DNA of 64,000 nt, from NCBI RefSeq assembly GCF_016432865.1, contig NC_067402.1, positions 20,832,001-20,896,000 on the forward strand, in the 5' to 3' direction. Source of the stretch: Antechinus flavipes (lineage: Eukaryota). Under the pieces are notes generated by a model that was given only the letters and a program-made list of their open reading frames with translations, was not told the origin of the DNA and searched no databases. A program made the position numbers and the translations under genes. This document shows, piece after piece, positions 20,666 to 32,360 of the stretch; the stretch's first letter is position 1, and every line of letters begins with the position of its first letter.

Positions 20666-23600
20666 GAGCTGGTACTTGGCAGGCAGTGGGTCAAACAGAG
20701 TCTCCATCCCTCAGCACTGAGCCAGGACAAGCCTAGCAGATGGCAGAAAAAAGGAAAACAGATGGAAGGAGAGCTGGTAGGTGCCTGGGAAGATCTATCA
20801 CTGAGAGATTGGGGGTGGGTAAGGAAGAACTCTAGGAGATTAGTTTAGATGAACACACTGACCCACACAGAGAAGTCTCCTTGGGGATAGAAAGTCTGGT
20901 AGCTGCTTCTTGGGAAACTGACAAAGGTTCTCCATCTCTGGCTCAGATAGAGGAACTGGACTCTAAGGGCCTCCTGGAAGGAAGACTTACTTCCCTCTTT
21001 TGGAAAAGCTCAAGCAGGAAATTAACTTCTTATTTTGGGTCGATGCCTGATTGGAGAAGTGGGGACACAGCTAGCAAAGAGGGTGGATCATTGCTGCTGG
21101 CTTTGGCGAATGGATTTCAGAAATTTAAAGATTTAGAGTAAGAGAGAATCTCAGAAGTCTGCTAGTCTCACCGCTTTATTTTACATAGGAGGAAACTCAG
21201 GTATGGCAAAGTTAACTGACTACCCACGTATGGATAACAAAGAATTGGATAAAGATTGGGGGACAAAAGATTGTTTCATTTTCACTTTGTGCCATGATGG
21301 GGGACACAAAACATGTGAGAGAAATTCACTTCCCTCATGGAGTTTTCCTTCTGATAGGAAGAGTAAATAGGTTGTCATCTGCTGCTCAATGTCAACTCTT
21401 GAAGCTGGAAAATCCTGATGTGATGGCTTAATCCAATTCTTTAACCTTCTCTTATGATTCTTTGAAAGATTTTGGGTTTTTCCTAAAATTCTATTGGACA
21501 AGTATTTGTTGAACAATCTGTGAGTATGTATTAGTTGCTTACTACTTTGTGCCAAACAAACATGGGCTAGGGAGAATAAAGATAAAAACATATGTTCCCT
21601 GCCCTCAAGGAGCTCCCCTTTTACTGGATTTAAGTTTGATTTTGATAGACTTTGGAAAAGGAGAAGCATTTGGGCACGATTTTGTTACTCACTCATAAAT
21701 GTGTTAAATGAGGGAAGAAGGGCAGGAAAGAAAATTCTCAGGGAGCTATTAATCTTGGGGCTTCCCTACCATTATAGGAACATTAGGCTTAAGGACAGCT
21801 TGTTTTAGGCACTGTGAGAATTATAACAATGATTTGCTTCCTATTCCTCCTATACTATATTCCATTTCCCATTGACATGCTGCTGAATAGGCCATTCCCT
21901 CTGCCTGAGATGCACTTCCTCCTCAGATCCAATTCATAGTTCTCAGCTCCTTTCAAAGTTCAAAGTGAAGTAACACATCCTATAAAAAGTTTATTATAAT
22001 CCTTCTAGTTGCTAGTGTCTTTCTCGGAAATTATTTCATATTTAATTTTCTGTGTACATATTATTACCTACCTTGTTCCTCTTGAAGATGGGCAACTTAT
22101 TCTAATTTTTGTACCCCTGGCTTAGCACTAAGTAGAGACATCATAGATGCTTAATAAAAGCTCATCGCATGAATAGTAATAGCTGACACTCATACATTGC
22201 ATTAATGACAGAAATCCTGGCCTCCAGCAAATTTGAAGTTCTAGCTACTGAAAGGGATGATGGGAGTGAAATTGCTTGTGTGGACGATTGCCATTGCTGA
22301 GGACTTCAGGGAGCTATTCTTTTCTCTCTTCCACAAAACTTCTAGCCAGAGTTTTAAATACTCAATCAGCATTTATACAGCACCTACTGACTTCCTGTTT
22401 TGTATTTGAGGTGGAAAAGATACAAATCCAAAGAATGAAACAATCACGACTCCCTATTGACAGAGTTGACTTAATTATTACAATGTCTTGCCTAAGCAGT
22501 ACTTAAATCACTAAAACTCTTCAGTAAAATCCTGGATGTTTCTCCTAATCAGTGAACTTCATTTATGGCTTTTGCCTAAATATACAGCTATGGGGAATCC
22601 TGGGAGTGGACTGAAGTGTTCTGAAGAAGGAAACCCAGAAAAGATCCAAGTGAAAACTACTCCTCGAGCCTTAGAAAGTTCTATTCTCTGTCTTCTGAAC
22701 AAGGAGGCTTTTCTTTGCCACCTGCAAACGGTCACAGAGAGCAATTAAGCATGAGATAGTCTGGATTGGGGGTGGGGGGAAGGATGGAGCATTTTCCACT
22801 AGCTCAATCTCCATGTTGTTCTATCCTATAGAACAAGACTTCTTGAACTTTTTTCACTACCAGCCTCTATTTCCCCCAGAAATTTTTAAGCAGCCCTCGG
22901 TACATAGGTATATAAAAAAGTATACAAATCAAATAATTACCCACAATGGATCATAATTCCATGACCCCCACATTTAGTTATAAGACTCCATATGGGGTCA
23001 TGATCTACAGTTTAAGAAGCTTTGCTAGAGAGCTTATTGGTAGAGTAATGCTTCTTTGGTTCACTGAGGCCATTATTTTTGGAGGGAAGGAAGAGGGGGA
23101 AGAAGGTGCTTCTCCATACTCCATTAATTCATCCCAGAGCCTAAAGTTACAGAGTCCTTACCAAGAAACATATTCATCCTTATTCCCCAAAATTTTTGAA
23201 CACAGATTAAGAGCTAAAAAGAAGTTTAGAGTACAATTAATACAAACCCTTCACTTCACAGATGGGGGAAACTGAGGCCCAGAGAGTTATTTGCTCAAGG
23301 TTATTTCTGGTGCATTTTCCCTTGTGTCAGATACCTATTGTATTCAGTAACAGTTTAAAAGAAAAAGGTTCTAAAGAAAGTTAGTTTGCCTTGTATATAA
23401 ATCTTTTTTTATTTGTGCTATTCAAAACAAAAAAAATATGTATTATATTTAATTTTTAATTTTTGTATAATGTAGTTGTAGACATGATTTCTAGTTAGCT
23501 TTCTTTAAAACAAATTAAAAAAAAAGAATTTTATTGATATCTTTTGGTTTTGTCCTCATTCAGAACTTCTCCTCCCCTCTTTCCTGACCAGGGCTACTCA

Positions 23601-23879
23601 AATGCTTGATATTTAGTCACAACTTGAATGAAGCTATTCAGAACCTGCCTCTCACCACCTCCAATCCCTTCACATCCCATCCTACTCAGTCATTTGTTCC
23701 CACCATTCCAATGGCAAAAAAAAAAAAAGTTTATGGACAAAATGTACTTTCCAAGGCAAGATTGGGCCACCATCTCAAAAAAGAAGTTTTTATTTAAACC
23801 TCAGAAGTGAGCTCAATTAGATGGACCTGAAGGAGGGGGAGGAGGGAAGGGGAAGCAGAGGAACTAGAAAGAAATAAGA

Positions 23880-24055
23880 AGTTTGGACAGCCTGAGGTGC
23901 TTATTAACTAGGTGACTCTGGGCAAGTCTCTTGATGCTGTTTGCCTCAGTTTCCTCATCTGTAAAATGACCTAAGGAAGAAAATGACAAACTACTCCAGT
24001 ATTTTTCCTAAGGAAATTTCAAATGGGGTGACGAAGACTGAAACAGCTGAATAAC
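23880..24055 (+). mobile_element. MAR1/MIR-like SINE
   Basis: gcctcagtttcctcatctgtaaaatga...aaatgacaaactactccagta...gactgaaacagctgaataacaa. Confidence 0.65.
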
Positions 24056-24879
24056 AAAACCCTGCAGGAGTTGCAGATCCTTTGAACCTAACTCAGCTTT
24101 CCCCAGTCTGTCCCTTGTGGTTTTAACAGCAGATTCGATCTACTGACATCGATTCTGAAACTTGAAACTCCGCAGACTTTCACAATTGCCTGGTCCTAAT
24201 CAGGATCCCATCACCTCCACGAAGTGCTTTGTTCTGTACAAAGTTCTCTGTTCCGCTTTACTGATCCCCCAAAACCTGGCACACTCCCTGGTTCCCAGGA
24301 CCCCCCCCCCAAAAAAAAAAAAACCCAGCCATTCAGCTCTCACTGTACCCAGGTATTGGCTCAAGGTTCAGCAAGAGTGGAGGCTACAAGAATAAGAACC
24401 CCCCAAATTAGCTCCCTGAGGAAAGACTTTAAGGCCTGTGGGTCTCCCAAGGCAGCAAGTTTACCGTGACCGAATGACTGAAACTGGAAAACTTAGTAGC
24501 AAACCTAGTACCCTCCTGTTTGGAGGGAATGGGGAAGACTTCTGACAAAAGAGAGAGGCCTTTTCCTTTCAAGTCCCTCCAGGTGAACTGTTGCTTTCCC
24601 TCAGAGAGGGTGGAGGCGCCGTAACACGAGCCAGGAGGAAATGGGGGAGGGGGAAGACTCAGAGTTGGGGTTGAGCTGGCTGATGGGTTGAGCAGGCTGG
24701 GGGGAGAGATGGGGAAGACTGGATCGCTGCCCCAAGGATTCCAGGTGAAAACAAAAGAGTGGAGGCTGGGAAGGAAAAAGAGGTTGGACTAGGGAAAGAG
24801 AGAAGTAGGGCCAAGGAACTAGAGTTCCCTTCGCGGAAAGTAGCAGGGGAATGGGCAAAGAGGGAAGCATGCGCGATTC

Positions 24880-25970
24880 CAGCTGGGTGGGTGGCCGCGA
24901 CTGTGCGGGGTGCACCCAGGTGGGAGGGAAAAGGGGAGCAACGGCCCGCGGATGCTTCGAGGCGCCCCACAGGTCTCTGCTCCCTCTCACTTCACCCAGG
25001 GTGCTTCCCAGCCCCTCCTTACCATCTGCGCCACCTTGAGCAAGGCGGGGTACGTGGCGGGGTAACCCCGGGCCAGCAGCCCCTCGGAAGGGCCCGGGAC
25101 GGGGGCCGGGCCCGACGGGGGCACGTCCACTCCGGCGATACCACTGCTGCTACACGTGGTGCGAATGACCCCCGGGCCGTGAGACATGGCGCCGGGTCTG
25201 GGGGTCCGTGGGTCCATCTGCCAGGCGCGGCTGCAGCACCGGCCCCAGCCTGCTTGCCGGCCAGCCTGCCCGCCTGTTTAGGGTTCACGGACCCGAAGAG
25301 ACTCCTGAAGGAGGGGCAGGGACCTGGGCTGCCCGCCCCAAGGAGGAGCAGGGGCGGGGCGGTCCCGCGGACAAGTTCCCGGGGGGCCTGGGACTTTGTG
25401 AGGGCAGCCTGCCTCTGGCTGGGCCGGATTCGGTCGTGGCCCTGACCCTGACCTTAACCCTGATCCGACCCCGACTCGGCGCGGGGTCTCCAGCCCCCCA
25501 GAGAGCCGACTCTTCAGCTCCTAAGCCTAGGAGGGGGCGGGGTTATAAGAGGAAGAACCCGAGCTGGTTAGGGCGGAACAGGATCCAGATGTGGACTAGG
25601 AGGGGGTAGGGGGCGGGAAAAGCAGCTGAGAGAGCAGCTGGGAGGGGGCGGGGGGGGGGGCGCGGCCGCCCTTCCTATCCCAGAGTGTCTCCCAAAGTCC
25701 GAGCCCCTGGAATCCTTGAGATAATTGGATGGGAGAGCAGAGGTCCCGACGTGTCAGCCCCATCACGGAGACTTTAGGTCGTCTGGGATCCCCCGAGGGC
25801 TAGCCCAGGACCCAGCCTCAGGGCCCAGAAAACTGTGGAGCTGGGAAGGGCCCAAAGGGTGCAGCGCCCAGGCGGTCTCCGAATTCTGCGGGGCGCGAGA
25901 CTCCGCCCCTTGGGACACAATGGGTCCCGCCTCCCGCAATTTACTCCACTCTGGGGATATTTGTCCGCCG
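24880..25970. promoter_or_regulatory. CpG island / CMTM7 promoter
   Basis: High GC and dense CpG against a CpG-depleted background. It contains CMTM7 exon 1 and GC boxes (25354-25360, 25534-25542). Confidence 0.85.
25023..25187 (-). CDS. CMTM7: CKLF-like MARVEL transmembrane domain-containing 7, coding exon 1
   Basis: [16 protein letters not shown]...[22 protein letters not shown] matches the CMTM7 N-terminus (human MSHGAGLVRTTCSSG...ALLKVAQM). Kozak context GCCATG; GTAAGG donor at 25022; syntenic downstream of CMTM8. Confidence 0.93.
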
Positions 25971-26634
25971 GATATTTATATTTATTGGGCTTCAGATGAA
26001 GCCATTTTAAAAAGTAAGTAGTTGGGGAGTAAAGAAGGGGAGAGGAGGCTCCCAAATGGCCCCTCCCTTTCGGTTGTCTCCAGAGGGATTTCATGAGCTC
26101 CCGAGTCTCAGGGAAAATAGAAATCACAGCCCCCAAAACTATTTCCTTGGTTATTGATCAATATGGCCTGCAGGTAGGTGCCCGTCCCTTCCACAGTGTT
26201 TGTAGCGGCAGCTTTGGGGGACAGAGAACTGACATCTAAGGTAGTTCCCATCAATGGGGGGAGGGGGAGAAAGGCGGGACAAACTTCAGTGGAACCTAAA
26301 GATGAGGATTTGGAGCTGGAGGAGATCTTGCAAAAATGAATGTTGAAAATTAGCTGTACACGTTAGGGAAAAATAAAATGCTTTTGAATTTTTTTTAATT
26401 GGAGGGTTTTAATTTCAGGGTTTTCTAAAAGCATCAAACTAAACTATATTGTCTCTCCTCCTGTGATATGTAGTTTCAGAAAGTTGTCTGGATGCTGAGT
26501 TGTTTAATGATTGGAAGGTCACACAAGTAGTAGGGATCAGAGGCAAGTCTTCTTGACTCAAAGCTTTGCCTTCTATTTATTATACCACAGTATAGAGCCA
26601 GCAGTAATCATGGCAAAATTTGTTGTTTAGGAGT

Positions 26635-26830
26635 TGTGGTTTGTCCTTTATCCTTGAAGAAGACCCTGACTCAGGAAAGTGATACCTTGACATGCAAGTG
26701 AGTTGGAGGGCTGTGCAAGGTCACCTGCTTCATTTTCTTCTTCAGGCCCCTGATGATATAGATCAGGATGACAGGAGATAGCCCTGCATGCAGGGGGACG
26801 CTGGGGCTTTTTAAGCAGGGCTCAGTTTGA
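26635..26830. mobile_element. Marsupial interspersed repeat (MdoRep1/Mar3-like), copy 1
   Basis: ttgtcctttatccttgaagaagacc...gacatgcaagtgagttgga motif, shared with 26966-27157 and 37090-37250. The family name is uncertain. Confidence 0.55.
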
Positions 26831-26900
26831 CTGGGTTAACATCCAATAAAGGACTAAGGATACCTAAAAATTGAGGCAAAGAAGGACCTGTTTAACCTAG

Positions 26901-26901
<1 letters not shown>

Positions 26902-26947
<46 letters not shown>
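26902..26947. repeat. (CA)23 microsatellite
   Basis: Perfect CA run. Confidence 0.98.
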
Positions 26948-26949
<2 letters not shown>

Positions 26950-26965
26950 TCCAATCCTGATCTAC

Positions 26966-27720
26966 ATGTTGCTACTGGGCCTAGATGGCTCTGGGGAAGA
27001 AAGTGAGTCTGGTGACTTTGCACTACCCACTCTAACTCAAATCCAACTCACTTGCATGTCACAGCATCATCTCCCTGACATCATGGTTCTCTTTGAGAAC
27101 AAAGGACAAACAACTTCTATGAGAACGGTCCTATTGGGGATCCAACTGAGCTAGTCANNNNNNNNNNNNNNNNNNNNNNNNNNNNNNNNNNNNNNNNNNN
27201 NNNNNNNNNNNNNNNNNNNNNNNNNNNNNNNNNNNNNNNNNNNNNNNNNNNNNNNNNNNNNNNNNNNNNNNNNNNNNNNNNNNNNNNNNNNNNNNNNNNN
27301 NNNNNNNNNNNNNNNNNNNNNNNNNNNNNNNNNNNNNNNNNNNNNNNNNNNNNNNNNNNNNNNNNNNNNNNNNNNNNNNNNNNNNNNNNNNNNNNNNNNN
27401 NNNNNNNNNNNNNNNNNNNNNNNNNNNNNNNNNNNNNNNNNNNNNNNNNNNNNNNNNNNNNNNNNNNNNNNNNNNNNNNNNNNNNNNNNNNNNNNNNNNN
27501 NNNTACCTGCAGGAGCTCTGTCCAAAGGGATGTAAATTTTGGTTTTTGATTTTTGGATCACTGAAACCTCCCAAGAGATCTTGGGGTTTACTGACTAGAT
27601 TTCTTTCTTAAGGACTACGCCTTAATTACTCTGGCTACCATTGATTGGCCTACTATAGGTCTCAAACCAAGCCCCATGGTCATTCTTTAGATCCTCCTTG
27701 CCTCAGAATGAATGTAAATA
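26966..27720. mobile_element. Same repeat family, opposite orientation, spanning the assembly gap
   Basis: The left of the gap is homologous to 36450-36600 and the right of the gap is homologous to 36680-36900. Confidence 0.55.
27158..27503. other. Assembly gap (346 N)
   Basis: Run of N. Confidence 1.
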
Positions 27721-28109
27721 GCAATTATGGCAAACACATGAGTAGTGGATAGCCATTGTGATTTTTCCCAGCATCCCTCGTAATTGTTTTAATAAGAGTG
27801 GGCAAGACTTTCAGGCAATAGATGGGACTGGAATCTTCTCCCTAATCTGCATTAGAAGTGAGGCAGGATTGGCTATAGCACAGAGTATGCCTACAATGAC
27901 CCTTTATGGCTACCCATTGACTGAGAGACTACTAGACTGAGTTGCTGTATAACTGGGTATTGTTGTGATCTTTTTAACATCAGTGTTCCACTAGGGGTTA
28001 CTGTGTGACTGTGAGTCATGGGACAGCACAATCTCTAAAGCATAAAAATAGAAGACAAGTATTCTTTGACTTAAAGACCTTCATAATCCAAAGCACCTCC
28101 TTTAATATG

Positions 28110-28415
28110 GTAGTCTCTTGACTATGGGGACTGAATGTTGATCACAACATAGTATTTTCACCTTTTTTGGTGTTGTTTACTTACTTGTTTTTTTCTTTCT
28201 CATTTTCTCTCCCTTTTGATCTGATTTTTCTTGTGCAACAAACATGATAAATGTGGAAATTTGTTTAAAAGAATTGCACTTTTAACCTATATTGGATTAC
28301 TTACTGTCTGGGGAAAAGAGTGGAGAGGGAGGGAGGAAAACTTGGAACACAAGGTTTTGCAAGAGTGAATGTTGAAAACTATCTTTGCATGGATTTTAAA
28401 AAATAAAATACTATT
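28110..28415 (+). mobile_element. L1 3' end fragment
   Basis: Homologous to 1-245. Confidence 0.7.
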
Positions 28416-29639
28416 ACTGTAAAATTTTTAATGTGATAGTTTCTTCTCCATCTGACAGTCTGTCAGTAAAATAGTCCACATTAGAAGTGTCCTTGGTCAA
28501 ATCTTGCCTATTCTGAGGTCCTGGGGATGAACGGGGGGGGGGGGGGGGAAGGGGGAAGGAGGGGGACCATGTTTTTTGTTTCATCTCCATTCTCCCCACC
28601 CCATTTCTCCTCACTCCCACCTACCCCAGACCCCCTGCTACGCCAATACCACTCTGTACAGAATCAACACTTGAAACTTTCTGGCTTCCTCCTTTTGCTG
28701 TTTTTAGTCAACTGGCATTTGTGGTCTCTCACTAAAGTCTCAGACACTATACAGCTAAGGAGGCTTGAGATATGGGTCTTGGGTTGGGCAACACGTCTCT
28801 TGTATGAGGTCTATTCTAGCTTAATAGCAGAGCGGCTGGCCACTAAAGAGAATGGCTCGTAGGTTATGACTTTCTTTTAAGCCAGATCGAATTGGATCTA
28901 TTCTCTATTTTGCATTTCCCTGTACTTCTGTGAATATGGTGGTATCAATAGGGTTAAAATCGATATCGGTGTTCCCGATCTTGCTTCAGTTCCCCCTGAT
29001 TTCTTTGTACCTTTGCCTAGAGGGGACATCTGCTTATGGGTGCAATTGAAAACTCAAATGAAAGCTGAAATGAATAAAATCCCTGGAGCATATCTACCCT
29101 TACATTTTTATCACCTGTTCATTGGCCAGATCATTCTTTTGTGGGGTATAAATCAGAAATATTCATTGCAGAGTAATTAATTGTTTAAAGGACCTTAATG
29201 ATCTGCAGGGAAAAGGTAAGCACATCAGATTAAAACAATCCAACTCTACCAACAAAAATCTAAAAGTTTTGGAAGGACCACGAAGCGAATACAGATGGCA
29301 AGTACAGATGGCAAAACAGTTAAAGCATGTGGTGCATTATTAATAGTATCTGAGAATCGATTCTTTTTTTTTTTAAGTTGGAAGAAATGGGAACAATTAT
29401 TTAGTTCAATATCTTCATTTTACAGATAAAAAACTGAGAGCCAAGGAGAGGAAGTCAGTTACCCAAGTTCCCAGAGCTATTGAGGGGCATATTCACCGAT
29501 TGTTTGATCCCTTGTGGTCTTGCACACAAAATTGATATTCTGAATTCTCAAGAAAAAATTTTTTGCAAGTCTTCCAACTTCCCACTGCCTGAGTAATCTC
29601 TGAGTCAGATATCTTCAAATCTTTTTTTCCTCATCATTT

Positions 29640-29822
29640 ATTTATTTACTTACTCACTTTTCATTTATTTATTTGTTTATTTATTTTTTGCTGAGGCAAT
29701 TGGGGATTAAATGAGTTGCCCAGGGTCACACAGCTAGGATGTGTTAAAGTCTTGTAAAATTTGAATTCAGGTCCTCCTGACTTCAGGGGATAGTGCTCTA
29801 TCTACTGCACCACCTAGCTGCC
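29640..29822 (-). mobile_element. WSINE1-like SINE with (TTTA)n tail
   Basis: gctgaggcaattggggattaaatgagttgcccagggtcacacagctag...caccacctagctgcc. Confidence 0.85.
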
Positions 29823-31588
29823 TTTATTTTCAAATCTTCAATTGATCCTGGTATGAAATGGTTTGGGGTTTTGTTCTGGGGTTCTTATTGTCACAAAGAC
29901 AAAGTTGCTTTCCTTCCAACTCAAGCCAGATGTAGTTCACAGCCCCCTTTGAAGAATGGAAAAAGTTATCGGAGAATCACAAGATAAATGCTTTAGTCAC
30001 CTAAATGCCCACACTGCTGAAAAGTATTCATGAACCTTGCCTCTCAACACTCAAAAGAGGAAATTCTGATTTCCTTTCAGTTAAAAATAAATGCCTATTT
30101 CCCCGTGTGGCTTTGTAGTACACAAAGCGAGAGCCCACAGAGATCTTCCGAAGCACAGAGTCAGCCATCACTTTTCAAAACCAAGCCGACGGTCTTCTGG
30201 GCCATGGATCATTCCCAGACAGATCTAGAAGCTGGGCTGTGCCCAGGACACTCCCCACTGGGGGTTACTGTGTCACTGGCCAACGTTTTCTCAGTGTCCC
30301 TCCAAGCTTGTGCGTGGGAGAGACCTGCACCCAGACCCACTCCCAACCAGGAAAGTGAGACACAGCTTCTATCTAGGACTGCTCAGTGTGCAGCCCCACA
30401 AAGGCCCACAGGTCCAAGCTGAGGGTTTGAGTGGTGTGCCAAGTTTTGGGGTCCATTGGCTTTGGTGGGCAGTTTCCTCTTGCAAAAAAAGAAGTGCCTG
30501 GAGTAGGAAGGAGAAAAAGAAAGATTCAGCAGTTACGGGGATCATAGGATCTCAGAACCAGAAAAGTCCTTAGAGACCGGTCAGAGACCATAGAAAGGGC
30601 AGTAATGGGGGGGATTTCCAAGATTTACAACCAGATTTGCGTCTCTTTTTTCTTCACCTCTCTAGGCCTCAGTTTACTTGTCTGTAAAATATGTGATTGA
30701 GACAAGATCTATCCTGAGACTCCTCCCATTCATAATCTATTATGCTGTGATCCGACAGACCAATCCCCTAGTCATCTTACAGTCAGGGAGCTGAGGAGGG
30801 AAGCAGCTCCTCCAACACCCACCCTTAGTCCTGGCAGAGCCAGGCCGAATCCAGCTCTCTGACTCCCAGGTCACTGTAGCACACCACTTCCAACACAGCT
30901 TGTCCCAAGATGCCCTTCAGTCAGGCGTGTCCACGGAGGGGGGGACCAACATTCAGCAGCCTCAGCACTCATTCCTCTTTGACTGGGCCCACTAGAACCT
31001 AATGCTTTCCCATGGAGACTTGCGAAGTGCATGTGGCAGTGAGGCACAATTTGTCTTTCAGAGAGAATAAAGAGAACATGACTAAGGGCTTATGGAGACA
31101 CGTTAACTACCAGAACTTTGCCCAGAACCCCTGGTTTAAGTTTTACTGTTCCATCAGAACCAATGATATTCCCGTGTTCTTAAAGAAATGGGGAAAATGG
31201 GGCACACTCTGACACATTCCCACTGAGGGCAATGACTCCACAAAATCACTTCCCCCAAGTCAATATTAGGGGCTTTTGTTGCCCCTTTTCTTAACTTTAC
31301 TAATAACATATCATAGAATCACAGGGCATTTAGTTCCTCCATGATCTGGCTCTTACCTAACTTCCCAGGCTTATTTTGTATTCTTCAATTCTATTCAGGT
31401 CACACCGATTTGCTAGTTATCTGTGATCTAGGACATCCAATCTCCACATGTCTAGAACGTGCTTCTTCTCCTTGTTTTCACCTAAGAAAATCTCATCCTT
31501 TCTTCTAATTTAGCTGCCATCTGCTCCATGAAGCCCTTGCTGATGTAGCCCATTGTTAATGTTTTCTTCCCTTAAAAATATTCTTTTT

Positions 31589-31745
31589 GGGGCAACTAGG
31601 TGGTACAGTGGATAGAGCATCAGCCCTGAAGTCAGGAGGACCTGAGTTTAAATATAATCTCAGACATTTAACACTTCCTAACTGTGTGACCCTGGGCAAG
31701 TCACTTAACCCCATTGCCTCAGTAAAAATAAATAAATAAATAAAC
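31589..31745 (+). mobile_element. WSINE1-like SINE with (TAAA)n tail
   Basis: ggggcaactaggtggtacagtggatagagc...cccattgcctcagtaaaaataaataaat. Confidence 0.85.
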
Positions 31746-32175
31746 AAATACTATTTTTATGTACTTTTTATTCATTTACATGCCTTTATTGTCCCCTAGT
31801 AGAATGTAAACTCAAAGGCAAAGAGTGGAGGCAGCCAGATGGAGCAGTGGATAGAGAGGTACACAAAGGGTCAGGAAGACCTGAATTCAAATCCACCCTC
31901 AGACATTTACTACCCGTGTGTTGGCTTTGGTTTCCATGACTGTAAAATGGAAACAATAAAGCACCTACCTTGCAGGGAGGTTGCAAGTATTAAATGAATT
32001 AATATTGGTAAAAAGCACAGGGACCGGTACATAGTAGGAACTTATAAATGCTTATTTCCCTCACTCCTAGTTGCCTTATTCTTGTAACCCTATACTTTGC
32101 ATTAATAAGTGCTTAATAAGTGTTGAATTGACTTGAACTTTGGAGTGGTAAGGGACCATGGAGATTATCTAGGTC

Positions 32176-32360
32176 AGGGACCGTTAACTTTTTCAATGTC
32201 TTGGAGCCTTTGGTGTGGGACTGGCTGGACCTCTTCTCAGAGTGTTTGTAAATAAATGCTATTTCAGCTGAAGATTAGTGAAAATGAAGATCTTGTTTGT
32301 TTTTCCCATGCAAGTTCTCAGACTTTTAACTATCCACGGATCCCGGGTTAAACCCCCCAA
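32176..32360. mobile_element. MER5-like hAT non-autonomous DNA transposon remnant
   Basis: cagggaccgttaac...cccgggttaaacccc terminal similarity and an internal aagattagtgaaaat motif. Confidence 0.45.

Noticed and set aside
20232-20848. Several 70-130 aa ORFs
   Set aside because: They are produced by the polypurine/polypyrimidine simple-sequence tract.
1-25022. Search for CMTM7 exon 2 (TLLIAFICVRSS...SWPLS)
   Set aside because: No matching minus-strand exon was seen by eye; intron 1 presumably extends beyond the window start. A tBLASTn would settle it.
24759-25445. 228-aa plus-strand ORF (and other ORFs at 24601-26136) overlapping CMTM7 exon 1
   Set aside because: It lies in a GC-rich CpG island where stops are rare, has low-complexity G/A/R/P composition and no recognisable homology, and is antisense to a real exon.
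27151-27574. 136/139-aa ORFs
   Set aside because: They are artefacts of translating the N gap.
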